Origin: an uncultured delta proteobacterium
Lineage (GTDB): Bacteria > Myxococcota_A > Polyangia > Haliangiales > Haliangiaceae
Direction of reading: 5' to 3'
NCBI GenBank assembly: GCA_963848295.1
Contig: CAWKDB010000010.1
Coordinates: 864,001-928,000, forward strand
DNA: 64,000 nucleotides
Shown: piece by piece, positions 13,842 to 25,147 of the stretch
Layout: each line of letters begins with the position of its first letter
How positions within the stretch are numbered: position 1 is the first letter of the stretch
Made by a program: the position numbers and the translations under genes
Notes under the pieces: generated by a model
The model's input: the letters and a program-made list of their open reading frames with translations, nothing else
Told to the model about the DNA's origin: nothing
Databases searched by the model: none

Positions 13842-14023
13842 CCCGCGGACGATCGCAGATGGCGGACGGTGTTGAGTTACCACGTGGCTACAACACGCAG
13901 GTCGGACCGTCTGCGTACTTCGTTATGCACCGGGCGCGCGGTTACACACCAAAGTGGAGCGCTCCCGATCCATCTTGAACCGATCTCCGTACTGATTTCA
14001 GCATCTTGTGCGTGTGACGAGCT

Positions 14024-14039
14024 TGGCACACGGAGTGCT
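14024..14039 (+). promoter_or_regulatory. putative sigma54 -24/-12 promoter
   Basis: TGGCACACGGAGTGCT has the exact GG-N10-GC spacing, 18 nt before ATG 14058. Confidence 0.6.
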
Positions 14040-14057
14040 GTTCAACTCTCCCGTCCA

Positions 14058-14243
14058 ATGACCGATCGCGAAGCCAAGTCCCGTGCGGTGAAGATCCTCG
14101 CCAAGTCGATCTACCGGGACCTCGAGGCTCAGGGCTTTGACGAGAAGCAGATCGTCGCGCTCGCGACCGAGCTGATCTCCGAAGTGACCGCGAAGATCAC
14201 CGTATCTCGCGACTCCCGCGATCAGATCGCCAAGCACGCCTGA
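14058..14243 (+). CDS. small helical hypothetical protein (61 aa)
   Basis: MTDREAKSRAVKILAKSIYRDLEAQGFDEKQIVALATELISEVT; strong codon bias. Confidence 0.75.
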   Translation: MTDREAKSRAVKILAKSIYRDLEAQGFDEKQIVALATELISEVTAKITVSRDSRDQIAKHA

Positions 14244-14291
14244 CCCGAGCCGAGCTAGCGCGAGGCTGCTCCCTGATCTAGGGTGCGCGCC

Positions 14292-15307
14292 ATGGCTAAG
14301 CTCCGCATCGGCATCAACGGCTTTGGTCGCATCGGTCGCGGGTTCGTGCGTTGCCTCGCAGAAGCAAAGCACCCCGCGTTCGAGCTCGCCGGCGTCAACG
14401 ACCTGACCGACGTCAACACGCTCGTGCACCTGATGAAGCACGACTCGGTGCACGGCAAGTTCGCCGGGACCGTCGCGGTCGCCGACGGCGGTCACATGAC
14501 GCTCGACGGCCACCACGTCGCGATCACCACGCACAAGGATCCGGCTCAGATCCCGTGGAAGGATCTCGGCGTCGACATCGTGATCGAATCGACCGGCAAG
14601 TTCCTCGACAAAGACGGCGCCGGCAAGCATCTGCACGGCGGCGCGAAGAAGGTGATCATCTCGGCGCCCGCGAAGTCGTTCGACGCGACGCTGTGCATGG
14701 GCATCAACAGCGACACGTACAAACCCGCCGAGCACCACATCATCTCGAACGCGTCGTGCACGACGAACTGCCTCGCGCCGATCGCGAAGGTGCTGCACGA
14801 GAGCTTCGGCATCGTCACCGGCATCATGACGACGATCCATTCGTACACGAACGATCAACAGATCCTCGATCTCCCGCACAGCGACCTGCGCCGCGCGCGC
14901 GCGGCAGCGCTGTCGATGATCCCGACGACGACCGGCGCGGCGAAGGCGCTCAAGGACGTGCTGCCCGCGCTCGCCGGCAAGCTCGATGGCTGGTCGATCC
15001 GCGTGCCGACGCCGGACGTCTCGCTCGTCGATCTGACCGCGCGGCTCGAGAAGAAGGCGACCGTACAGGAAGTGAACGACGCGTTCCGCAAGGCCGCCGC
15101 GCGGCCCGCTCGCCGGCATCCTGCAAGTGGTCGACGAGCCGCTCGTGTCGGTCGACTACATCGGCGATCGCCACAGCTCGTCGGTCGACTCGCGCGCTGA
15201 CGATGGTCGTCGGCGACCAGGTCAAGGTGATGAGCTGGTACGACAACGAGATGGGCTACGCGCAACGCACGTACGACCTGGCCGCGTTCGTCGCCGGGAA
15301 GCTGTAG
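14292..15307 (+). CDS. gap: type I glyceraldehyde-3-phosphate dehydrogenase; 2 apparent frameshifts (about 15102 and 15193)
   Basis: [20 protein letters not shown] and SWYDNEMGY spread over three frames. Confidence 0.93.
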
Positions 15308-15309
15308 TC

Positions 15310-16512
15310 GTGGCGCTGCCCGACGGGATCAAGAGTATCGAAGAGCTCGCGGTCGAGGGCCAACGCGTGTTCGTTCGCGTCGACTACAACGTGCCACTCG
15401 AGAAGGCGACGAAGCGCGTCACCGACGACGCGCGCATTCGCGCGACGCTGCCGACGATCAAGCACCTGATCGATCGCGGCGCGCGCATCGTGCTCGGCTC
15501 GCACCTCGGTCGGCCCGACGGCCATGCCAAGCCGGAGCTGTCGCTCGAGCCGGTCGCGGCGCGTGCTCGCCGATCTACTCGAGATCGACATCGCGCTCGC
15601 CGACGAGCCGGCCGGCGATGGCGCACGCAAGGTCGTCTCGGACCTGCGCGACGGTCAGATCGCGATGCTCGAGAATCTGCGCTGGAGCCCGGGCGAAGAA
15701 GCGAACGACGAAGCGTTCGCGCGCCAGCTCGCGTCGTACTGCGATGTCTACGTCAACGACGCGTTCGGCACCGCGCATCGCGCGCACGCGTCGACCGCCG
15801 GGATGGTCAAGTTCGTCGCGTTCAAGGCCGCCGGCTTCGTGATGGCGAAGGAGATCGACTTTCTCACCCGGCTGCTCGGCGAGGTCGATCGGCCGTACGT
15901 CGCGGTGCTCGGCGGCGCGAAGGTGTCGCGACAAGATCGAGGTGCTCGACGCGCTGCTCGAGCGCGTGCAGGCGATCGTGATCGGCGGCGCGATGGCGAA
16001 CACGTTCCTCGAAGCGCAGGGCAAGACGCTCGGCAAGAGCAAGGTCGAGCGCGACAAGCTGCCGATCGCGCGCAACTTCCTGCGCAAGGCGGTCGAGCGC
16101 AAAGTGCCGATTCACCTGCCGAGCGATGTCGTCGTCGCGAGCGGGCTCGACAGCGAAGACGCGCACGCGGTCGCGATCGACGCGATCGGCAGCGACATGA
16201 TGGCGCTCGACATCGGACCGGCGACGATCGCGGCGTACACGCAAGGTGCTGACCGCCGCGCGCACGGTGTTCTGGAACGGCCCGATGGGCGTGTTCGAGC
16301 AGCCGCGGTTCGCGCAGGGCACGGTCGCGGTCGCGCGCGCGCTCGCCGACAACAAGCTTGCGCTGACCGTCGTCGGCGGCGGCGACTCGGCCGCGGCGAT
16401 CGCGCAGGCCGGCCTGGCCGACAAGGTCTCGCACGTCTCGACCGGCGGCGGCGCGTCGCTCGAGTTCGTCCAGGGCATCGATCTGCCTGGCATCGCGGCC
16501 CTTCGCCCGTAG
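15310..16512 (+). CDS. pgk: phosphoglycerate kinase; 3 apparent frameshifts (about 15565, 15930, 16242)
   Basis: [45 protein letters not shown] and STGGGASLE across frames. Confidence 0.93.
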
Positions 16513-16592
16513 CCGCCGCGCGACCGCCGATCCGTGTGAAGACTCGACGAGCGGCGAGGCGCACGCATTGTTAACTCGGATATGATGGTGTC

Positions 16593-19413
16593 GTGGCAGC
16601 CAAGCGACTCGCGATCTTCGACCCGTCGGGTCGGTTGATCGCGGATCTCGCGGAGGCCGCGCGCAGCGCGAAGATCGAGCTCGAAGCGGTCAAGAGCGGC
16701 GCGGCCGCCGCCGGCTACATCGCGGTCCTGATCCCGCCGGCGCTCGCCAGCGAGCTCGGTCCGCCACCAGAAGGCGGTCCGCAGCGCTGGATCGTCGGCG
16801 ACGGCACGACGTTGTCGGCGGCGCGCGTCGCCGGTGCCGCCGCGAGTGCGAGTGCGACCGGCGTCGTGCTCACGCCGGTCGTCGGCCGAGGCGCTCTCGG
16901 CGGTCGCGCATCCCGATCCGAGCGCGCACGATTTCGATCTCGCGCGCGCCCGCGGCTTGATCGCGACGTCGCTCGTCGATCTCACCGGGAGCGCGGCCGA
17001 GACGCTGCGCGCGGTCGCCGAGGGCTTCACCGCGAACGATTGCATCGTGTGGTGGAAGGACGGCTCCCAGATGGTACCGACCACCGCACGCGAGAGCCCG
17101 ACCGAGACCTATCGCACCCAGATCGCGGCGGCGGCCCGGATCGCCGCGGCGTCATCGGGGACGGTGATCACCGGTGGTGACAAGCCGCGCTCGGTGATCG
17201 CCGACGCGTTGCGCTCGAGTCCGACCGAGGTCGCCGGCTTGGTCGCGCTCGTCAGCGATAGCGGCCGCCGGTTCTCGCCCGCCGAGCGCACCGACTTGAA
17301 GGCGATCGCGGCGCGGTTGACGCGCGAGCTATCGTGGCTGACCTCGCATCGCCGGCTCGTCGCCGAGGGCGAGCGGCTGCTCGCGACGAGCATGCACGAT
17401 CCGTTGAGCGGCGCGATGACGCGGGGGGCGTTCGAGCAAACGGTCGCACACGAGGTCGCGGCTGCGGGACGGCGCAAAGAGAAGCTCACGCTCGCGATCT
17501 TCGACATCGTCGGGTTGCGCCGGATCAACCTCAGCCACGGCCATAAAGCCGGCGACGAGGTGCTCGCCCAGCTCGCCGGCCGGTTGCGCGCGATCGTGCG
17601 CGGCAACGATCCGATCGGCCGGCCGGGCGGTGACGAGCTCGCGGTGTTGCTCGTCGGCGCGTCGTCCGAGCAGGCGGCGATCGTCGCGAAGAAGGTGATC
17701 GACAAGATCGAGCAAGAGCCGGTGCGCGTCGATGAAGCGACGACGCTCACCGTCCAGCTGCGCGCGGTGTTGACCGAGATCGCGCCCGGCGAGCGCAGCG
17801 GAGAAGCGGCTTTGTCGCGGTGTTACGCGCAGCTCCGTACCGCGCCGATCGGCGATGTTCGGGTCGTTCCGCCGGACGATCGCGGCGGCGAGTCGGAGAA
17901 CAGCTCGGACACGGGCGCGCTCTCGGCGGGCACGATCGTCGGCGGTACGTATCGGGTGGTTCACGAGCTGTCGCGCGGCGCGATGGGCGTCGTGTATCGC
18001 GGTGAGGATCTCGGGCTCGGCCGCCCGGTCGCGATCAAGGTGTTGCGCTCCGATCTCGCGAGCGATCGCCAGCTCGTCGAGCGGTTCCGCGCCGAGGCCG
18101 GCATCCTCGCGTCGCTGCACCACCGCAACCTCGTCCAGGTCTACGCGCTCGGCGAGCACGCGGGCGAGGTCTACTTCGTGATGGAGCTGGTCGAAGGCCA
18201 GCCGCTGTCCGAGGTGCTGCGCGCGACGCTCGAGCGCCGCGAGTGGTTCCCGACCGAGGCGGTCGCACAGATCGCGCTCGAGATCGGCGACGCGCTCGAC
18301 GCGATGCACGTGCTCGGCCTCATCCATCGCGACGTCAAGCCGGCGAACATCTTGCTCGATCGCGAGCGCGATCGCGCGGTGTTGGTCGACGTCGGCGTCG
18401 CGGTCAAGGCCGGCGACACGCGCGACGCCGCCGGCACGCCGGGGTTCGCCGCGCCCGAGTCGTTCATCGATCAGGCCGACGCGCCGACCACCGATGTCTA
18501 CGGCCTCGCCGCCACGCTGTACTGCTTGCTCGTCGGCCGGCCACCGTTCGGATCGGGTCCCGCCCCCCAGGTCGTGCAACGCCAGCTCAGTGATCCGGTG
18601 ACGCCGCCGTCGCAGCTCCGTCCCGGCATCTCCGAGGCGGTCGATGCGGTGCTGATCAAGGCGCTGTCGCCGGCGCCGAAACGCCGGTGGGCCTCGGCCT
18701 CGACGTTCGCGATCGCGCTCGGCCGCGCGCTCGAGCGCAACACCGGCGAGCAAAAGACGGTGCCACCGATCGACGCCGCGATGATCGCGGCCGAGTCCGT
18801 GCTGACGCCGACCGCGGGGATCACCGCCGACTCTCCAGCGTTCGCACCGACCGGCGTGCTCGAGCTCGGCGGCCGGGTTCGCGCCGCTCACCTGCGCGTG
18901 CTGTCGCGCATCCTCACGCATCACCTCGGCGAAGGTGGGCTCGCGCGGATCAAGACCGAGCGACCCGAGCTCGGCAACGCGCTGTCCGCGACGCTGTCGC
19001 CGCTCGGCTGGATCGACCTGTCCGAGCTCGTCGCGTCGCTGACCTGTGCCCGCCAGCTGATCCCGAACGGCCTGGTCGCGCGCAAGGTCGGGCGCGGCAC
19101 GATGAGCGCGACGTTCGCGCGGATGTTCGGCGCCGACCCGACGACCCTGCCGGCCGAGACCGTGCTCGCCGCGCTGCCGACGTTTTGGGAGCGCTATCAC
19201 GACTGGGGCAATGTCGACGTCGTCGTCCATCCCGGCGCCGCGGATATCACGATGAGCGGTTACTCCGGCTCGGTCGACGTCTGCGCGCTCGTCGGCGCGG
19301 AGCTCGAGCGCGTGGTCGAGTTGACGGGCGCGAACGCGGTCGGCGCGACCCACGTCCAATGTCGATGCACCGGCGGCACGAGCTGCGAGTTCCGGATCAG
19401 CTGGATGCCATAG
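16593..19413 (+). CDS. multidomain signalling protein: N-terminal/GAF-like, degenerate GGDEF, Ser/Thr kinase, C-terminal V4R-like domain; 1 apparent frameshift at about 16881
   Basis: HDPLSG...GHKAGDEVL...RGNDPIGRPGGDEL; GAMGVVY, VAIKVL, HRDVKPANILL, APE; C-terminal CRCTGGTSCEFRISW. Confidence 0.85.
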
Positions 19414-19445
19414 GATCGGCCTAGCGCTGTGGTAGGACTGCGGCG

Positions 19446-20207
19446 ATGCGCACCCCGTTCGTGGTCGGCAACTGGAAGCTGAACAAGACGATCACCGACG
19501 CCGTCGCGCTCGTCACCGAGCTGAAGAACCAGCTCGGCGCGGTCAAAGGCGTGCAGGTCGGCGTCGCGCCGGTGTTCACCGCGCTCGCCGCGGTCGCGAA
19601 ACGGCTCGAGGGCAGCGCGGTCGCGACGTGCGCACAAGACTGCTTCTGGGAGGCGACCGGCGCGTTCACCGGCGAGGTCTCGGCGGCGCTGATCGCGGAC
19701 ACCGGCGCGAGCTGGGCGATCGTCGGTCACAGCGAACGCCGGCAGTTCTTCGGCGACACCGACGAGTCGGTCGGCAAGAAGGCGCGCGCCGTCCTCGCAG
19801 GGGGCCTCGGTGCGATCGTGTGCGTCGGCGAGCATCTCGCCGAGCGCGACGCCGGGCGGACGCTCGCGGTGGTCGATGCGCAGCTCGCGGGCGCGCTCGC
19901 CGGCATCGCGGCGCCCGACGTGTCGCGGCTCGTGCTCGCGTACGAGCCGGTGTGGGCGATCGGCACCGGCCGCACCGCGACGCCCGCGCAAGCGCAGGAA
20001 GTCCACGCCCACATCCGCAAGCGCGTCGGTGAGCTGCTCGGCGCACCGGCCGCGGCGGCGATCCGCATCCAGTACGGCGGCTCGGTCAAACCGAGCAATG
20101 CCGAGGCGCTGATGGCCGAGCCGGACATCGACGGCGCCCTCGTCGGTGGCGCTTCACTTGAAGCCGCTGATTTTGTTGCGATCGTGAAGGCTGCGCGACC
20201 CGGGTAA
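19446..20207 (+). CDS. tpiA: triosephosphate isomerase
   Basis: GNWKLN, GHSERR, AYEPVWAIGTG and YGGSV motifs. Confidence 0.97.
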   Translation: MRTPFVVGNWKLNKTITDAVALVTELKNQLGAVKGVQVGVAPVFTALAAVAKRLEGSAVATCAQDCFWEATGAFTGEVSAALIADTGASWAIVGHSERRQFFGDTDESVGKKARAVLAGGLGAIVCVGEHLAERDAGRTLAVVDAQLAGALAGIAAPDVSRLVLAYEPVWAIGTGRTATPAQAQEVHAHIRKRVGELLGAPAAAAIRIQYGGSVKPSNAEALMAEPDIDGALVGGASLEAADFVAIVKAARPG

Positions 20208-20250
20208 CGCTTGCGCGGCCGGGCTGGTTGGGCTAGAAGAACGGCTCGTT

Positions 20251-21024
20251 ATGTCGACGATGCTCACCGTCCTGCACGTCATCGTGTGCCTGTTCTTGAT
20301 GCTCACGGTGCTCCTGCAGTCGGGCAAGGGCGGCGGCATGGGCGGCGCTTTCGGCGGGGGCAACACGCAGACCGTGTTCGGCGGAGGCGGTGGCTCGTCG
20401 TTCCTGCGCCGGATGACCGCGATCGCAGCGACCGTGTTCATGCTCACGTCGATGGTGCTCGCGTACGTCGCGAGCCACGGCTCGGCCGACCCGCTCGCCG
20501 AAGACGAGCAGTCGTACGACGCCGCGAAGGCCAAGAAAGACGCCGCGAAGGCCAACGCGGTCGAGGCCGCGACCAAGGGCGCTGGCAGTGGCTCTGCCGG
20601 CTCGGCTTCGGGCAGCGGCTCGGCGGGCAGCGCGGATGGCTCGGCCACCCCCGACCTCCAAGATCTGTCGATGCCGCCCTCGTCGGGCTCGGGATCGGCG
20701 GCGCCGACCGCGGTTCCACCGCCATCGATGAAGCCGAACCCGGCTGATATGCCGAAGACCGACGCGCCGAAGACCGACGCACCGAAGACCGACGCACCGA
20801 AGACCGACGCGACCAAAGCGCCGCCCGCGAAGGCCGACGCGACCAAAGCGCCGGCCGCAACGCCCGCGAAGACCGACGCGACCAAAGCGCCGCCCGCGAC
20901 GCCTGCGAAGACCGACGCGCTGAAAGCCGCGACACCGGCGAAGGCCGATGCAGCGAAGTCTGCCGCGCCCGCGCCCGCGAAGGCCAACGCATCGTCGGGA
21001 TCCGCCGCGCCGACCACGCCGTAG
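20251..21024 (+). CDS. secG: preprotein translocase SecG with long Ala/Pro/Lys/Thr-rich C-terminal tail
   Basis: VLLQSGKGGGMGGAFGGG...FLRRMT, two TM helices, located after tpiA. Confidence 0.9.
   Translation: MSTMLTVLHVIVCLFLMLTVLLQSGKGGGMGGAFGGGNTQTVFGGGGGSSFLRRMTAIAATVFMLTSMVLAYVASHGSADPLAEDEQSYDAAKAKKDAAKANAVEAATKGAGSGSAGSASGSGSAGSADGSATPDLQDLSMPPSSGSGSAAPTAVPPPSMKPNPADMPKTDAPKTDAPKTDAPKTDATKAPPAKADATKAPAATPAKTDATKAPPATPAKTDALKAATPAKADAAKSAAPAPAKANASSGSAAPTTP
20752..20811 (+). repeat. 15-bp coding tandem repeat x4 (PKTDA), followed by degenerate copies
   Basis: CCGAAGACCGACGCR x4 within secG. Confidence 0.85.
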
Positions 21025-21058
21025 CGCGCCGCCGCGAAACCGATGCTACGGTCTAGCC

Positions 21059-21930
<872 letters not shown>

Positions 21931-21934
<4 letters not shown>

Positions 21935-22695
21935 TAATACGAGCGAGGCGGCGGTTGCTGCTGCGGCGCCTGTTGCTGCGGCTGTTGCTGCGGCGGCGGG
22001 TAATACGGCTGCTGCTGGGGCGGCGGGTAGTACGGCTGCTGCTGCGGTTGCGGTTGCTGCGGGTTGCCCTGCTGCGGATACGGTTGCTGCTGCGGATACG
22101 GCTGGCCGGGATACGGCTGCTGCTGCGGATAGCCTTGCGCCGGCTGCGGATAGCCCTGCTGCGGTTGCGCCGGCTGCGGATACGCGCCGTAGGTCTGCGG
22201 AGCCGGGGCCTGGTTCTGATCCGAGCCTTGACGCCAGCCGTTCCACTCACCGACGCGATCGTGGCGCTCGCTCCACCACCGGCCCGTGTACTGATGACCG
22301 TTGGTGCTGAACAGCAAGAAGCCTTCGCCGACGAGCGGCGGGTTCGCGGGCTCCTGCCACTTGAAGTCCATGACGTTGCCGCGCAGGCTGCCCGAGAAGT
22401 AGCCGATCACGTCTTGGCCTTGGCGCTGATAGACCCACACACCCTGCACCGCGCCGGCCTGCACACCGCCGCGGTTGTTGTCGGCCTCGATCTTCACGGC
22501 GCCGAACGTCGAGCGCCACAAGCCGAGCGCGAGGCTCGGATCCATTGGCTGCGGTGGCGGCGGGCTGTTCTCGGCGTATTGACCGCTGCCCGAGGTCGCC
22601 GGCGCGGGCGAGTTCGAGGACGACGATGCCGATCCCAGTGCTGCCGCGCAGGCGCCGAGAACGGTGATCACGCGAAGGAAATTCGGCAGGCGCAT
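21931..22695 (-). CDS. putative lipoprotein with small beta domain and Gln/Pro/Tyr-rich tail
   Basis: VLGAC lipobox-like motif, Trp/Gly-rich core, repeated QQPYPQ units. Confidence 0.75.
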
Positions 22696-22731
22696 CGTCC
22701 AGAAGTATAGCGGCGATAACGGCGAGGGGAG

Positions 22732-22759
22732 TTGTCGTTTTTCATTAACCTGATAGTGT
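22732..22759 (+). promoter_or_regulatory. putative sigma70-type promoter of the tRNA
   Basis: TTGTCG-N16-TAGTGT with extended TG, in an AT-richer patch. Confidence 0.45.
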
Positions 22760-22809
22760 CCCCCTCGCGTTTCGTGCGGTGTTCCACAGCGAGTGGCATC
22801 CCACGAAGC

Positions 22810-22883
22810 GGGCCCATAGCTCAGTCGGTTAGAGCGGCCGGCTCATAACCGGTGGGTCCCTGGTTCGAGCCCAGGTGGGCCCA
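22810..22883 (+). tRNA. tRNA with CAT anticodon, most likely tRNA-Ile2 (lysidine); CCA not encoded (ends ACCT)
   Basis: GGGCCCA/TGGGCCC acceptor stem, D arm AGCTCAGTCGGTTAGAGC, anticodon loop CTCATAA, GGTTCGAGC T loop; lacks initiator-tRNA features. Confidence 0.92.
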
Positions 22884-22926
22884 CCTGAAAAGTAGCGGAA
22901 GCGAAGTAACGAAAGGTTGTTTAGCC

Positions 22927-23670
22927 GTGCGCGATCAGCTCCTTCACTTGCTGGCCCTCCAGACCGCCGACGTCAAAGTGCGCGAGCTCGACACTGCCGC
23001 CACGCAACTTCCCGCGAAGCTCGATCCGATGCGGCGCGATCTGGCAAAGCTGTCCGGGATGCTCGATATCGAGCGCGCGAAGCTCGCCGAGACCGAAGCG
23101 TGGCGAAAAGCCCAGCAAGAGCTGATCGACCGCGAGCGCGACGCCTTGAAGGCCGCGCAGGCCAAGCTGCAGCAGTCCAAGAACAGCAAAGAGTTCGGTG
23201 CGGCGAGCCGCGAGGTCGAGAACAAGCGCAAGTCGATCGCGGATCGCGAGGCCGAGCTCAAGAAGGTGATCGAAGCGACCGTCGCGTCGACCGCCCAGCT
23301 CGAAGGGCGCGACAAAGACGTCCAGGCGCTGCGCGATCAGCTGACCGCGAGCGAAGCCGCGATGGCCGACCAGGTCAAGGCCCTCGGCGATCAGCTCGGC
23401 GAAGCGCGCGCCGCCCGGGATAGCGCGCGCCAGCACGTCGAGAAGACCTGGCTCAAGACCTACGACGCGTTGTCGGCGAAGCGCGGCTACGCGGTGGCGC
23501 CGGTCATCAAAGGCGTGTGCCAGGGCTGCCACATGGCGTTGCCGCCGCAGCTCAACAACATCCTCGCGCGGATGGAGTCGATCGAGACCTGCCCGCGCTG
23601 CCAGCGCCTGGTCTATCGCACGGACATGCTCGATCCGAAGCCCGACGACGCGCCGAAGCCCGAATCTTAG
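22927..23670 (+). CDS. coiled-coil protein with C4-type zinc ribbon (DUF164 family)
   Basis: Long coiled coil, then CQGC...CPRCQR; the start has to lie downstream of the tRNA. Confidence 0.88.
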   Translation: MRDQLLHLLALQTADVKVRELDTAATQLPAKLDPMRRDLAKLSGMLDIERAKLAETEAWRKAQQELIDRERDALKAAQAKLQQSKNSKEFGAASREVENKRKSIADREAELKKVIEATVASTAQLEGRDKDVQALRDQLTASEAAMADQVKALGDQLGEARAARDSARQHVEKTWLKTYDALSAKRGYAVAPVIKGVCQGCHMALPPQLNNILARMESIETCPRCQRLVYRTDMLDPKPDDAPKPES

Positions 23671-25076
23671 TTGCTACACGCCGGCAGCTGCGTCGTCTCC
23701 GGACACGCGGGCGCTGCCTGGCCATCGAGCATCGCTTCGGCCCAGATCTCCCCGGTCGCGTGCTGATCCATGATCGTCGTGTGATCGCTGTTCGCGAACA
23801 CGCAGGCGCTGACGTTGACGCCCGCCGAGGCGAGCTTGTCGTGGACGCACGATGCGTTCTGCGCCGCCGGCATGATCAGATCGTCGGAGCCTTGGACGAG
23901 CAACACCGGCCCCGCGGTCGGATCCGGCGTCAGCGGCGCGTTGACGAGCGCGTTGTAGTACGCCGCCGCGTTGCCTTCGCAACCGGCATCCGGCCCCTGC
24001 GCCGCGACGCACGCGAGCACGCCGGTGCGCAGCGTGTTGTCGATCAGGTCGCCGGTGTGCAGCATCTCGAGCTGGACGTACGCGCCGAACGCGACGAGGC
24101 AGTTGCCGTTGACGGCGCCGTCGATCGTCGCTTGGAATTGCGCCGGCACCGCGTCCTTGCCGTGGCCGATGCCGACGTGGTTCTCGAACCACGCGTACTC
24201 GCGCAGCACGGCGACCGAGCTGTACGACAAGCCGGTCGCGATCGTCAGCTGGGTCGGATCGTCGAGGATGCCGAGGTAGTCGAACGTCGCCATCGAGATC
24301 GGCCACTCCGGCGCGTACGGCACGGTCGCGACGATCGTCCCGACGCCCGGCCCATCGCTGTTTGCGAGCGCTTGCGCCGACAACACCGCGCCGCCGCCCT
24401 GCGAGTAGCCCGAGAGGATCACCTGGTCGGCCGTGATGCCTGGCGCCAGCAGCGCACGCAGCGCGCGCGCCGCGTCGAGCAGTTGATAGCCTTGCGCCTG
24501 GCTGTCGAGGTAGTCCTGCGTGCCGGCGTTGCCGAGGCCGGCGTCATCCGGTGCGATCGCGGCCATGCCGCGAGCCGCGAACGGCATCGGCAGCGAGTTG
24601 TCGGCCGCCGTCGATGGCGCACACATATCGGCGAGCCCGACGCTGCCATGAGCGGCAACCGCGAGCGGCACCGGGCGCGATCGCGGCGTGTGTGGCAAGT
24701 AGACACGCGCGGTCGACACCGCGGGTTGGCCGTTCGAATCGCGCGTCTGATACGCGACGAGGAACTGCGCGACCGACGTCGTCGCGGTGACGCCGGAGCC
24801 GATCGCCGACTGCACCGAGGCCTGATCGAGCACCACATCGGGCATGCACGCGAGGATCGCGCCGAGCGGCTTACCGGCGATCGCGGTGGCGGCGTAGATG
24901 TCTTGCATCGTGTTGGTGCACGGCACGACGACCTGATCGGTCGGCGCGTCGAGGTTCGCATCGATCGCCGCGTCGATCGGCCCCGGGCTATCGCTGCCTT
25001 TCGGCGCGTCCGCGCCCTCGCCGGTCGTATGAGAACCGCAGGCTGCGAGCGCGATTACGGCGAGCCAACTACGCAT
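23667..25076 (-). CDS. secretory lipase-family alpha/beta hydrolase, lipoprotein
   Basis: LAAC lipobox, AHGSVGLADMCAPS, GYSQGG nucleophile elbow, QGSDD, terminal DH. Confidence 0.85.
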   Translation of the reverse strand: MRSWLAVIALAACGSHTTGEGADAPKGSDSPGPIDAAIDANLDAPTDQVVVPCTNTMQDIYAATAIAGKPLGAILACMPDVVLDQASVQSAIGSGVTATTSVAQFLVAYQTRDSNGQPAVSTARVYLPHTPRSRPVPLAVAAHGSVGLADMCAPSTAADNSLPMPFAARGMAAIAPDDAGLGNAGTQDYLDSQAQGYQLLDAARALRALLAPGITADQVILSGYSQGGGAVLSAQALANSDGPGVGTIVATVPYAPEWPISMATFDYLGILDDPTQLTIATGLSYSSVAVLREYAWFENHVGIGHGKDAVPAQFQATIDGAVNGNCLVAFGAYVQLEMLHTGDLIDNTLRTGVLACVAAQGPDAGCEGNAAAYYNALVNAPLTPDPTAGPVLLVQGSDDLIMPAAQNASCVHDKLASAGVNVSACVFANSDHTTIMDQHATGEIWAEAMLDGQAAPACPETTQLPACSN

Positions 25077-25147
25077 GCACCTTGGTACCGAGCCAGCCTC
25101 ACCGACGCAACGACGACTGTCTCGGTCACACAGACGTAACTTCTCGG

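Noticed and set aside
15127..15981. Apparent Gap-Pgk hybrid ORF
   Set aside because: Made of frameshifted fragments of two separate genes.
14292..16512. gap and pgk (and the nuo genes) as true pseudogenes or programmed frameshift sites
   Set aside because: Catalytic motifs are intact, I saw no slippery heptamers at the breaks, and the errors cluster by region rather than by gene function.
23518..23532. CxxCH (CQGCH) as a c-type heme site
   Set aside because: No signal peptide, and it pairs with a second CxxC, so it is a zinc ribbon.
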